Made by a program: the position numbers and the translations under genes
Part shown: positions 1-12,023 of the stretch, in pieces
How the letters are laid out: every line of letters starts with the position of its first letter
Numbering within the stretch: position 1 is the first letter of the stretch
DNA from: Gonapodya sp. JEL0774
Lineage: Eukaryota
Length of the DNA: 64,000 nt
Direction: 5' to 3'
Assembly: GCA_027604505.1 (NCBI GenBank)
Contig: JADIIX010000063.1
Span: 62,001-126,000, forward strand
Notes under the pieces: model-generated
What the model was told of the DNA's origin: nothing
Database searches by the model: none
What the model saw: the letters and a program-made list of their open reading frames with translations, nothing else

Positions 1-641
1 TTTCCTGAGCTGCGGCCCTGCAATCATCCCATTCGGACCCATTCCGCTTATTCCAAGGTTTGAACGGTTCCAACGACACAGAATTAGTTATCCCCGGTGT
101 AGCGAGAGCCACACCAGTGAGCGCGCTATCAATCTCAGTGTGGTGATTTCATTCAACATTAATCTTCACCCGAAAATGTCGGGGGTCGGGGACCTTCACG
201 AGCAAGTACATCCTGTCACTCACCTAATCCATATTCCCGAGCCATTTCTCTCAGCTTCTCCCCTTCTACACCATTGACCAACTGTTCCCATCTCATTTTA
301 GGCACATCCGATTCGCTTCTGGGCCACAATTGGGCCAACGCCGTAGTTACTTCCCGATGCCCATCCCCATTTCGATCATCCCCACCTCCATCCCTCACCG
401 CGTCATCAGATCTAGCAGCGATCGCACATTTTACCGCCGCCACGACCGGATCGAGCGTCCCCCATTCCCAGGAAACCAGTGTTCGTTCTGCGATCAGAAG
501 GGTATCTTTCGGTACGCTGTCCGCGACAGACAGGAATCGTCCACGCCCTAGCTCCGACTTTATGCGGAGAGAAGGATGGCAAAAGAGAAGGTTTCTTGGT
601 AGTGGGAAGGCTGTCGGGGTCAATGAGTTGGTGGTGGACAT
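1..641 (-). CDS. SET-domain (SMYD-like) methyltransferase, 5' part; runs off the window
   Basis: ORF 216..641 contains IKSELGRGRFLSVADSVPKDTLLIAE, the typical SET N-terminal GRG...LLIxE pattern. A GTGAGT donor lies near 222. Confidence 0.6.
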
Positions 642-888
642 TCTGCCTCTTGAGACCTAATTAGTGCCTGGGGGAAACAGGAACAGAGGCCTTGACGCGA
701 CTACTATTGAGGGATTTTACAAGAAAGAAAACGAAGATCCCCTATCTGTGGATTCTCTCTTGATTCCCGGCGGGACCAGTCGACAAAGCGTCAGTAGCAC
801 CATATTTTCTGTGTTTGCCTACGTTGCGTGAGCTGTTTCGAGTCCATTCGACTTCCGTCATAACTATTACATCGTGCCCATCAAGTCC

Positions 889-3214
889 TTACCACCAAGT
901 CTCACAACATGTTTTCAATCTCTTCTCCGCTTCCCATATTTCTTCCCCAACACTCCCAGTCCCTCCCATTGTCTCTTCCTGGCGAGTTCCACGGGTGCCA
1001 TCACAGCCGGCCCCAGTACCACAGATCGAGCAATGAACTCAAGCAGGCGATTAGAGTACGAGGGAAAAGTGGAGCAGAAGTAAATGAGTGAGATAACGTG
1101 GAGGAGCAGCAGGCTAAGGGTTGTGGAGATTTGCGGGAGGCTGGCACAATGTTGTGTTCAATAGTATGAAATTTGGTGGGAGGAGGAGAAGTGGATGTTC
1201 AGGTTTGAGTCAAAGAGCGCCGGAAACCAACGGGCGGCGAACACGCTCACTCAGCGACCGCCGCTCTCGCAACATTCAACCACCACTCATCCGGATCCTC
1301 TGTCCAACACAACCCCAAAACCACCACCAAGTACACCAAATTGAACGCTCCGATAAATCTGTACACGTGCATTGCGCGAGGATGCAGCATGGTGGGCTCG
1401 TGTCTCACCAGGCCCACCAAAGGATCGATGATCTGAATAATATGCGGTGCGAGGAGGCCGAGTTGCAGCGCAGCAAGGAGAGCAAGAAAAGACAAGCGGT
1501 CGTTGGGGTTTATGGGTTCCGGGACGAAAGGGAGGGCGAAAATAGAGAGGAGAGATATAAAGAGAGGCATGTGGATGGCGGGGGGAACATGCCTGTCCTT
1601 GACGCCTGTGTGCAGCAAAAACGGTACAAGTGGTCGCATTAGAGAATATCAAATAGAATGAGCGTGTGAGCAGTGGGCTTGTGGTGATCTCCCACCAGCA
1701 TAGCATGATCCCTCTATTGCCCGGACAACTCAACCCTAACCACCCACCTGTTTCCCCCACCCTCCCCAAAAACAACGCGGCTCCTGCCGCCACACTCCCG
1801 AAAATCGCCGCATACACCACCGATATTTTCTCCACATCGGACATCTGCTCCGCTTCCAGATCCTCCCTTGCCAACTCCGTGGCCTGGGTCTCGGACGATT
1901 GGCGGAGTTCTGCGATCTGTCTCTTCTTTATGGACTTTTTGGACGAAGGGTTGGCCACCACCATGTTAACGGCGAGGACCTTATTGGTCTCTTCCACTTC
2001 TTTTTCGATCCGTTCGATTCTCTCACGCCGTGCCCTTTGTTCATGTTCACGCTCCTTAATGTCCACGTCGTACTCGAGGACGTCGAGCCCTTGTTCCCAG
2101 ACACGGAAAGAGAGTGTCGCGAGGAAGAGGTATAGTTGGGAGCTCCAGAAAGCACGGGGAAAGGAGGAGGTCAGGTGGGTTGCGGAGACAAGATAGTGAG
2201 TAAGAATGTCCTTAGAAGAGTAGGAACAATTGGATTGCGTGAGGGCGGTGGAAGAAGAGAGGGTGAGAATAGTAGAGTGGGTGGCCGAACAAGTCTGAAA
2301 ACTCGCGTCACTCTCCCAAACTCCCGCCCGCAGGCATCTCCCTGTTTGAGCGCTCTACTCTAAGTGGAGGCATCGGAGATTTGGAGAGACCTGTCATGAC
2401 CTCTGCTCCAAACTTTTATCGTTCTTCGAGCAGGGAAAGTGGAACTGAGCTGCTCACCCGCCGCCAACACAGAAACATCACTAAAGACCATCAGTCATGT
2501 GCCGATCAAAGGCTCTTCACAATAGAAGAGAGCTTCGAGCAGGGTGGGTTGTCTTCACCTGCCGCCCAAACTTTACGCTCTCCTCCACCTTCCACTAGAG
2601 AGGACAAGAAGGCATTACACCACGTGGAGGAGAATCACTATCTCGCAGTTCAAGCGGCACGGTCGTGGATCGGGACGCGAATGCGACCAAGACCAAGTCA
2701 ACTCGGTCAGTTGTCCTCTGTTCCTCTTTCAATCAATCCGACACACTTAATCCACCATATAGACAAAGCAGGCCACTTAAATTTGGCTTTCCATGGAGGA
2801 TGTGTTATCATGAGCGTCAAAAATGGTAGGGTCGCCTTCCGGCGAACACCGCCAGCTAAGAAAAGTCAAGTCTCTGGGGGCACTACGCCTTTTTGGACAC
2901 AAAATGCCATCGATCTCGCCATCATGGACATTTTACTTCCTTCTTTTGTCCTCCTTCACTCGCCACGGTCAGGAATCGCTCACCTGGGACCAACTCCAGA
3001 CATCCCATCCGCCCGCAGCCACATCTTCCAGCCAATATCCCCCCCAAAACCTCGCTACCACTGCCACGGACGCGGCGGCCAGCGCGAGAAACACGGAACT
3101 TCTCAGGGAAATGCCATTGGGTGGAAGTATGAAATGAGCGATAACAGGAAGCGTGAGCGAGCAGGTAAGGAGGAGTGCATGGAGGGAACTTAAGGCGGGC
3201 CAGAGGAAGGACAT
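889..3214 (-). CDS. multi-exon polytopic membrane protein of unknown function
   Basis: Hydrophobic exons at about 2980-3214, 1730-2200, 1250-1640 and 889-1140 are separated by GT-AG introns, with a central coiled-coil (EREHEQRARRERIERIEKE). Boundaries are approximate and this could be two genes. Confidence 0.45.
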
Positions 3215-3664
3215 GGCGGGAGGAAGGGACGGTGACGGGGAATGAGTGATTAATTTGTTTTCCAGTTCATCAGTGCCACACAACAGTTTGTGATCGCCAA
3301 CATCAATCGAGGTGCATCCAATCGATTGTCCACAAATCAATCAGCCCCTAAACACTGCTGTAGCAGATTAATATAGGTGGCGCACGCAGCGGGCCAAACT
3401 GATGTAAATTAGAGGATAATTATTGTTCACGAAGCATCTGCCATGCCACATTCCGCTCGCAGATGATATACGCGTTCAAATACAATGTGGATTTTTGCTG
3501 CCTTTGTATCCCCGCTCTCTTCCCTAATCTTCCTGTGCAAACTTCCCTTAGTCTCACAGTATGCCCTCATGTCCATTGGGTGATGTGGCTCCCACAATCC
3601 TGCCAAAATCCAAATGGGTGGTGCCCATACCAGACGCTTCCGCGGCTGCGACTTCTAACATTAC

Positions 3665-4945
3665 CTAAGTAAGATCCATTTCCACGTCCTTGCCATCATC
3701 TTCAAGCTCATCCATAGCTTCAAAGTTGCCCACAATTTCCATATAAGCTTTGCCTAGCTGAAACCACGCGCTGGCCCAATGGTCTTTTGACCATCCACTT
3801 TCAACATCATCCAGCTTGCCTGGCTCCACCGTTCTTTCTAAGAATCCCTCAAGTAGCATCAACGCCATATCAAACACAAAATCAGGCCCTTCATCACGAA
3901 GGAAGTTGTCCAACTCATCGTCTTCCCATTGGTCCTCGTCACTACAATCAGTTTCAGTTTGTAAACCTCCTGGAGCAGTTACTTTGCAGAAATCCACCTT
4001 GAGCTCTAGAAGAATGCGCATATTTCGATCCAAGAGGAGGTATGCGGTTCCCATTTCCCACCGAGGTGTGTTCCGTGGGTCAAGAACACCACAACTGCCT
4101 TCCCCGGCCGCGTTCAGACGCTGTCCCGTTTTCAATACTGCCAACATGCGGTCAGCGATACGTCTCGCACGGTTGGAGTCTGCGTTGGACTGACAGCTGC
4201 AACCTTCGCATTCATCGTCAGACGTGCTCGAGGTCGAACACTCTGATTCGCCGTCCGAGCTTGTCATCTCTCAATCTTGGTCATCTTCATCATCACTTTC
4301 CTCAAAATCTTTTGCAAGCCAAGTACGAAATTGACAACATACTTTGTTGAATGGTGGGTGAGATTCCTGTGGATTTTTCCAAGCCGTGAGCATGGTGGGA
4401 ATCCAACGAGGGAAGCGATTGGAGTCCCACACATACATACCCGAATTGACAGCAAAAGCAACATCGTACAGCGTGCTAAGGGAGACCACAGGTCCCGATT
4501 TGCTTCCATACACATAGTGAAGGGCCATCATCGCCGGTACAATCCTGTTGACGCACGAACTGCTGAGAATGCCCCTCGTACGGAGTACTTCGAGCAAGTC
4601 CTTACTCCAGGAGCGCTCAACGGCTGTACTCACAGCCCAGTGATTACCGGAGGGCGACAAAAGGATTGTGTTGTTCAGACCAGAAATGTAAGGCGCGCCG
4701 ACTGCCATGGCTCCATCGACATCGTCGGTATTTCAAACAACGTCAGTCCTGATCCAATCCATAAGTTCCTTTCCCGAGCACTGCATCAGAAACTGAAAGA
4801 GCGATCTGTCTCTCTCGATGCCAACAGAACGAACGATGGTTCGACTGAGAACACAAGTCGATTCGAAACGGAGGAGAGAGAAAATGGAAAGGTACTCGAC
4901 GATTCGAAAGAGAATCTCCGTCGGAAGGTCCAGTAAAGATGGATC
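3665..4945 (-). pseudogene. F-box protein gene interrupted by two in-frame TGA codons
   Basis: One reading frame runs from SLLDLPTEILFRIVEYLSIFSLLRFESTCVLSRTIV (F-box consensus) through TGA 4735-4733 and TGA 4273-4271 to TAG 3667-3665. ORFs 4271..4708 and 3665..4267 are in the same frame. Confidence 0.7.
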
Positions 4946-5423
4946 TTGCGATAGACAGACGTCAGCTCACTCATCCTCTGGTACATTGGCGAGCCCAGAT
5001 TACATAACACTCACCGGGCTTCACGCCTTTGAAAATGTGGGGGGATACAATGTTAATGTTTCTGGTCTGCATTCGGGAGAGTGGTATCCCGCCTCCTTGT
5101 TTCACTTGCTGGTAACCAGAGGATACTACCCAAACGAGAAATTTCTCGGTGCACACCCTAGGGTCAGGGAATCAATTAGGTCGTATGTAAGGTTTCACAG
5201 GAAGCTTTTGTGTCGATCGGAATGTCCGCAGCAAACATAGGCACAGCACACAACAGCCGCGTTGAAAGGTCGGTAACGGCCATTCAATCATGATACGCCA
5301 GGCTGTATTCCTCCCGCCTCATGGGAATCCATGGCAGCTGCAAGTCAGACCAGATACTTGGGCACAACTGACACGCGAGCTCATTCTGGGGTGAATATCA
5401 TCGATAGGGGTGGGATCCATTGC

Positions 5424-6747
5424 ATGGAAGATGGTGTGCAAAACAATCTGAGTTTGTGGAAAAGAAGGGTGGGGTTGATCCATTATGGGTAGATGGGGTA
5501 GATGGGACAGGTGTCCCCTGGGCAACGGGGAAAAGTGGAAACGCCTTTTGGGTTCTGGTGGATATGTTGCTGTTGCACCCTTCTAACAACGGGTGCTGGC
5601 CTTCCGTATTAGTCCCGCCGCACCTGACGAGGGTCACCTCTCGGCTTCCCCCACGTCTCTTCACCCGTCCTCTTTTGCTCCAACCTATGAATCCCTCGAG
5701 TCTCGAGCTGTGTCCCATTCCTACTTCCAACCCGATCTCCGCTCGCACTCCCTTTCCACCTCCCCAACCTCTCGTGTCCCGCCTCCACTACCACTCCCTC
5801 AAGACCGAGATCTTGTCCTCCTCCTGGACTCTTCCGCCATACTTAAACATCTTCCACTCAACCATGTTGCCACCGCTTTACTCCGAGGGTTGCCTCGCGT
5901 GGACGCAGAGAGTGGCACCATCGACACGGTGGACGAGATGGGACTCGAAGTAAGGGGACCTGCTGTGCTAGCTGCAGTGGAAGTGGACGTGGAGCACGTG
6001 GAAGGGGAGGGGGATGGACCGCCGAACTACTCACGAGGGGACGAAGGAATGAACGATACTGAGCGTGAACGAGGGCATTTAATCAGTGATCCAACAGATA
6101 CAAAGAATGCAGCAGAAGACATGGTCTTAGAGAGCCAAAGTGTCTCGGGCACGGAGGAGGGAATGAAGGAGGGGCAGCGCAAGCCCGAGTCTACTGCAGG
6201 AGATCCGAAGTATACGACAGATGCAGGAGATATGGACTGGGATACTGGCGTGGAACAGGCCCCGCCGGAGCCAGATTCGTGGGCCACGCGGTCCGGCCGC
6301 GACTCAGGCACACCTCACCAACAACCTCCTCCCTCCCCACCCAGACCATCTCTCCCGCCCTCCACCTCCCGCGACACACTCGATGATGAAGAATTTGAAG
6401 ACGTGGTGCCTGTCTTGCTGGCACCTCCGGTGGGCACTGGACGATACGAGAAGGACGACCAGAACCTCCCTCTGGAAGATTATCCCTCGTCCGACTCAGA
6501 CCGCGACTTCGAATTTGACGCTTCTTCATCATCGCCGAACGTATTCTTCACTCTTCCCTCGCAAACTTCTTCGTCTTCCCCGTTCACTTTCTCCCACGCC
6601 CAGTCGTCCGTCCAACCCCAATTCTCCCGCGCCCCCACTCAACTCTTGTCACCCCACGCGCTCCGTGACGTGACGGTTGCGGAGGTGGAAGGAATGTACG
6701 CAAGGTATACGAGAGAGAGGGCCAGGGCGGGAATGAGTGTCGAGTGA
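5424..6747 (+). CDS. hypothetical, largely disordered acidic/Ser-Pro-rich protein
   Basis: Probable exon 5424-5488, GT-AG intron 5489-5612, then in frame with the 384-aa ORF 5593..6747. Confidence 0.55.
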
Positions 6748-7194
6748 AGGTCCCAATTGGGTTGTAATTGTAGGGTTGGTGGTGAGAGGATGATAAGGGG
6801 TACGCAGTGCTGCTCGCTCCGCAATTTCGGAGACTTACTCATAGTATTTGCTTTTGAACTTGTACATAAATACAGATGACTAGCTCTCATCAATACGCAT
6901 CTCCAAACTCCAAAAACATGCTGTTACTACAACGTTCATGTTGGAGGAGGGAGGCCGCAGGAAGAGGAGGAATGAGAAATGAATGAAACAGTCTCGAGAT
7001 GAGAGGGGGCGGAAAATGATGGGCTAAAGAGGCAGTGGAAAGCACATCCGTAATCCGTGGGCAATGAGATGCCACAACCGTGTCTCCACCACCGAGTGCT
7101 ACATATCACACTCATCACGGCAAAACGAGCCTGGTTTGAATCGCACTGTTATTGTACGGTGGGTCTCGGATGGGGCCGGGAGTGCGGGGCAGAG

Positions 7195-8017
7195 TCATGC
7201 ACTAACGCCGGCAGTGGTTTGCTTCACCAAATACACAAACAAGTGATCAAAAGTGATGACGAGGCGGTGGGTTGGGTAGTTCACTGATGAGAACGGGTAA
7301 TTAGGTTATGAGAACGTTGACTTGCAGTGATTGGGGAAAGCCGAATTGGGACCCAAACAATCTCCCACTGACATTACTGGACTACATTGCTTGAGTTCTT
7401 CCATTCGAACTGGAATGCTCTATCTTGTTCTCCTGTCCACTACTCCATCCAAGCCCGTCTCACGGCGCTTCACCTACATTTCACTTATTCTCTAGTGCCC
7501 AACTTACCTGTGACCCTCGCAAATCTCTCTTCGTCCTCTCTAGCATGTCCGCGTACCGTCGATCCGGTCCCAACCGCCGCACCACCAATGTCTATCCCAG
7601 GGACTGGAGCGGATCCGGTAAGCAACCTCCCCGCGTCTTGGAGCATCGCGAGTGCAGCTGGAGCCGCACCGGGATGAGACTGTATTTCACCTGCGGACTA
7701 CATTTACGCAATGATGGGTAAGGTGACTGCCACGATCGCACATGAAAGGAAGATCTCACAAACTCACGGCAACTACGGCGTGCGTGGCCCGGTCAATCAC
7801 CAAGACACCGACATAGCCAGGTGAGCTTTTTATGTCTGCAAGAGCAGAGGCAAGGGCCGCGGAACTGGAGAGAGATGAGGATGACAGGATCGTTGACGTC
7901 TGCAGAGATCAAGGGGAGCAAACACGGGGAGAAAAGGAAAACAGATTACTAGGGAAGGCGGGTATGGGTCATATAAAGCGACGAGCCACTTTGTGAAATC
8001 GGGAGTTATCAGACCAT
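7195..8017 (-). CDS. LAMTOR4: Ragulator complex subunit LAMTOR4-like (roadblock fold)
   Basis: Exons 7899-7768, 7697-7508 and 7283-7195 splice in frame to TSTILSS...DIKSSPGYVGVLVIDRATHAVVASAGEIQ...FARVTVNYPTHRLVITFDHLFVYLVKQ, which fits the LAMTOR4 pattern. The first exon is probably ATG only (8017-8015; uncertain). Absent from the ORF track. Confidence 0.75.
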
Positions 8018-8357
8018 CGCATCAGTAATATTCGGAGTGGTGTGACAATTTTCGGGACCATGAGAACCGTGCTGAAGACCGGGCCTAATTTCATTTGACC
8101 TTGAGTTGTAAATTTCATGGAGGACGATGAGTTGCGATGTAATCGCTCTTCCTTTTGAGCCGAGTTGGTCTCCCACTGAGGCTTACCGTACCTTTAGTGC
8201 GATGAAAAGAATTAATTTTCTGTCAACTTGACGAGATTGGAGTAAACTACATGGGCCAGACACCACTGGATGTTTTGTGAATCCAAAGGTGAGCCCATCG
8301 CACTTCGACACAAATCATCCGATTCCCATTCATTTTCGCCTCCCCAGCTGAATTACA

Positions 8358-9707
8358 ATGGCCCTCAATGAAGAAGGAGTGCGACGCGTATGTTCCTCGC
8401 TTCCGCTGGTGCCCCCATCATCCATTAAGAACAACGAATTCCTTCGCGCCTCGACTGTCAACGTTGTTCTTGATGCAACATAACTCTCTAGCTTTATATG
8501 GAATGTCAAATAAAGCTACAAACATTTTCTAGGGATCTCAACGCCACTAAGCTTCAAATCGCTCAGAAGGAACGTGAGCGACGGATCAACGACCTTGTGC
8601 AACAGGAGCTCGCGGGCTTGGGGAACGGGAAGAAGACCTACAAGTCGGTTGGGAAAATGTTGGTGTCGATTGATGAAACCTGGAGCTAATGACATTGGTT
8701 GCGGATTTGGGTGGACGCCATCGGTCTTGGGGAGATTGAGGACAGGAAGTCGGTGGACACCGAATCCAAAACCGGTTCCCTCTGACGTTGCGACCGGATA
8801 CAGACGAACGAGTAAACTCTGTTTTATGGTCCTTCCCTTGACGGAAAGAGAACCGCGTGTTTGCAGGAGCACAATGGATGCAGCAACTTCTTCAATCGAA
8901 ACGCCAATTCCTCTGAAGCGTCCGAGGAGAAGACCAAATCTGCCCTGTTGGCCTAGGTGCTTGATACTCGAGGATTTAGGATTCCCCTTTACCTGCTCGG
9001 CTTCTTTCGGACGAAACACACCGTCACATGAAAGCGTCCTCACCTCACCATACTTTGTCAGGTTTCTATTCGCCGACTCCGCCGACATCTCTAAAGATCT
9101 TAAGAAGGAGTCGAAAGTGACGGTCAAGGAGGCGGAGGCACTGGGGAAGAAGAAGGAATATATCGAAAGGAGCATGGTTGGTTGACCCGACGTTATGGGG
9201 TGTGTCCTCGCCTTCACAGGGGTCAGGGAAGAATATGGGCGATATAGCGTGGGGGTAACGCCCTACCAACGGCGAGCCATACAGGACTCCTCCGCGTCCC
9301 GTACAAGTGGGGCAAGAGGGCGGAGAACTACCGGCAGGGGCCCTTTGTCCGAGTGACCTTAGTTTTGTTGTCGGCACCAGGAATGTTAAGTCTCTTCTGA
9401 TTGCATCACCCTTCACCCGCCCCTTCCAACAAATACGGCCTGGCTCTCTGCGCTTCGAACTCCTTGCACGGCAACTTCGGACTTCAACCATTTTCCACAC
9501 TCGAATATATCTTTATCTTCTCTTGAACGGAACAGAACGACAGTAAGTTGCCCGGATGGCTGTCTGAAAATCGAAGCTCTGTCTGACTTTTCCTGTGTCC
9601 CGTCAACCCTGGCCAACTCACGTCACTACCCGCGAAACGCAATCCTGCAACAAAAAAAAAAAGTTCAAAACCTAGTGAGAGATATTACCAGGGGCGGTGC
9701 GCGATGA
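8358..9707 (+). CDS. PFD1: prefoldin subunit 1
   Basis: Exons 8358-8387, 8492-8658, 9062-9176, 9536-9542 and 9664-9707 give MALNEEGVRRLYMECQIKLQ...ELAGLGNGKKTYKSVGKMFLF...KKKEYIERSMNDIQNLVRDITRGGAR*. YxSVGKMF is the beta-prefoldin signature. Confidence 0.88.
8701..9030 (+). ncRNA. candidate large intronic structured RNA (unidentified)
   Basis: Nested helices 8701-8710/8934-8943, 8713-8718/8918-8923, 8734-8740/8891-8897, 8746-8750/8886-8890 and 8764-8768/8875-8879 enclose four local hairpins, all inside PFD1 intron 2. Confidence 0.45.
9183..9286 (+). ncRNA. box H/ACA snoRNA candidate in PFD1 intron 3
   Basis: Hairpin 1 TGACCC 9183-9188/GGGTCA 9220-9225 has an internal pocket, followed by H box AGAATA 9230-9235. 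Hairpin 2 spans about 9235-9280 with upper stem GTGGGG/CCCTAC, then ACA 9281-9283. Pocket-to-box spacing is about 13-14 nt in both hairpins. Confidence 0.7.
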
Positions 9708-9928
9708 CCTTTTGTAAGGGGTTGTTATTTGGAGTTTTCTTTGAATTTGTATGGTAGGGTGATTGGGTACTTGCCGAAACTATTACTGATATCATGAGAA
9801 TTGGAATCCCATGAATCACTCGCCAAAACCATTCACTCGGTCAGTTGACCACAGGTCCGTTCTCGCACAGACTGCTACAAACATACTAAGAACTCTCCCG
9901 TCGTTGGTTAACCTCCCATTGACCAAAA

Positions 9929-12023
9929 ATGGGAGATGTAAATGCATCATCAGAACACTGGGCTACAGGAAAGGTGAAATTAGTAATGAAACGAGGCAGG
10001 AAATCGCCCTGCAATCGCTCACTTCCCCAATCACATGTGACCACCGATCCAGCTTGCATCCCTCCTTGGAATGACAGTAGAGGACGCGGCGGGTATCTAC
10101 CAAGTTCTCTCATCTCTCTCGACTCGTGTGGAGGTGGAGGGGTTCCTGTGGGATCTCTTTGGTGGACCCGGTGGAGCGACACCCGCTGCGAGGGCTTTTG
10201 TGGAGCAATACGTGTCCAAAATAGGAGGTAGCCCGAACATTGCCAATTCAATGGGGCCGGGAGCTGGAAGCAAAGGCACTGGTACGAATGGGAACAGACG
10301 GCATATGCCGAACTCAAACCATCGAGATGCGGAACCTGCGCTAGAGAGTGAAAAGTCGACCTTCCAGTCGTGGCAAGCAACACTCTCTGTTCCTGACAAT
10401 GTCCGCGTTGTTAATCGCCGTCTGGAAGATGAGGACACTTACTATGTTCCGGCGAAGAAAGAAGGAAAGGGTGGAGGGGGTGCTGGCGCATCCAGCACAT
10501 CGCCACCTGCACATGCACACCAAACCCAGAAAACTGAAAGTGTATGGTCACGTGCAGCGCTTCCATCAGATCCCAAAACGCAAAAATCTCAACAGGTGTG
10601 GAACACCCCAGCGAAGGGCCAACACCCGGTACATGAGCCCCCTGCGGCTGAACCCCGAACAACCGTGCAAACTGCACCTCCGCAACCCGCATCATTAGCT
10701 CCTCAACGATCGACTCAGACGCCACCGGAAACCCGTAGTGGGCCAACATCAATCCGTCTCACTGGTTCTCCCGTCCCTAATCAGCCAAAGAGCAAGAAGG
10801 AAAAGCATCAGGGCGCTTCAGACAAAAAGCGAACTCCGATGAAGTTTTCCGACCTGGATTCGCTTGATCAAGACACGCCAGTTGGGGGCGATGGGAAGAT
10901 GCTTAAGGACAGAAGGGAAAGATTGATGTGCGAGTGTTTGGGTGAGTTGCGTTTCAAGTAAACTTTACTCAGCTGTCGTTGGATGGGTTGAATTTGATGT
11001 GTAACAAACTTCGGTTATTGTCGTAGCCACTCGACATCCCTTAGTCACTAACTGTCTGAACTGCGGACACATTGTTTGTGGATACGAAGGTACGGCACCA
11101 GTATTATGGCCGTGTGTGTACAGCCCTTGAACTTCTCCAACGCTCCAACAGGTCCTGGTCCCTGCACATTCTGTTCATCCACAGTTATTGATCCCCAACA
11201 GCAGCTACGGCTAATGCAGCAGCGTCAACAAGCTCGCAGTGCCGAAAGACAGGAGCGGGAGGTTCGTAAAAGCGGAGATGGGTTCATGGGGAGGCGGTAC
11301 GCAGGAAAAGCTGGAGGAGCTCCAAAGATGGGTGACTTAAAACTGTTCCCGGGATTAGCTCCAATACCTGTGGATAACGAGGAAACCCTTGCAAAGGCGT
11401 TGAGTCAGCGTGACAGACTCTTGGACTATGATAAAACTTCGGCAGCGCGAACTCGGGTCCACGACGCGGCGAGTGACTTCGACTACGGAAATGAAATGAG
11501 TAATCGCTGGGCTACTCGCGAGGAACGTGAGGCTGCAGCAAGGAAAGAAGCCGATCGGAGGAGGAGAGAAGAAGAGGCAAAGCGGACAGTGAGAGTAGAT
11601 TTTGATTTTGTCGGTGGGAGGGTCGTAGGGAGCACCGAGCCGTTGGAAGAGAACAGCAAAACTCGTGTAGTTTCCGCACCCGCAGCACCAGCTGCGGATG
11701 CGGACAAAACCTCAGGATCCACAGGAACGTTTGCTTCTAATCCATATCTGCATACACCACCACCAACATATATCAGCCCTTCTCTGAAAGTTTCTAACCA
11801 AGCCCCTTCAAAGAAGCTGCCTGTTTGGAAATCGTCGGAGGACGCAGGTGGTGCCGTTTTGCACAAGGGGGGAGCCGAGGAAGGTGCATCGAGCCGACCG
11901 AACGAAAGAAAGGTTTCAAAAGTGAGGATGAAGGGAAACCGTCTCCAGCTTGATGAGTGGGACGATTTGTTCTCGGTTGCGGGAGGTGAGCCCGTTTGTG
12001 GGATCGAAGACGGAGAGGAATAA
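9929..12023 (+). CDS. TRIP4: activating signal cointegrator 1 / Rqt4 (zf-C2HC5), ribosome quality control trigger subunit
   Basis: The spliced zinc finger reads CECL|ATRHPLVTNCLNCGHIVCGYE|GPGPCTFC, followed by RDRLLDYDKTSAARTRVHDAASDF. First exon 9929-9973. Confidence 0.88.

Noticed and set aside
4271..4735. In-frame TGA codons read as selenocysteine (some early-diverging fungi use Sec)
   Set aside because: The contexts are not redox motifs (one lies in an acidic low-complexity tract), F-box proteins are not known selenoproteins, and I saw no clear SECIS downstream.
8671..8916. Box C/D snoRNA (TGATGA at 8671 with CTGA at 8782 or 8913)
   Set aside because: There is no terminal stem bringing the boxes together and no recognisable rRNA antisense element, and box C lies only 12 nt from the donor site.
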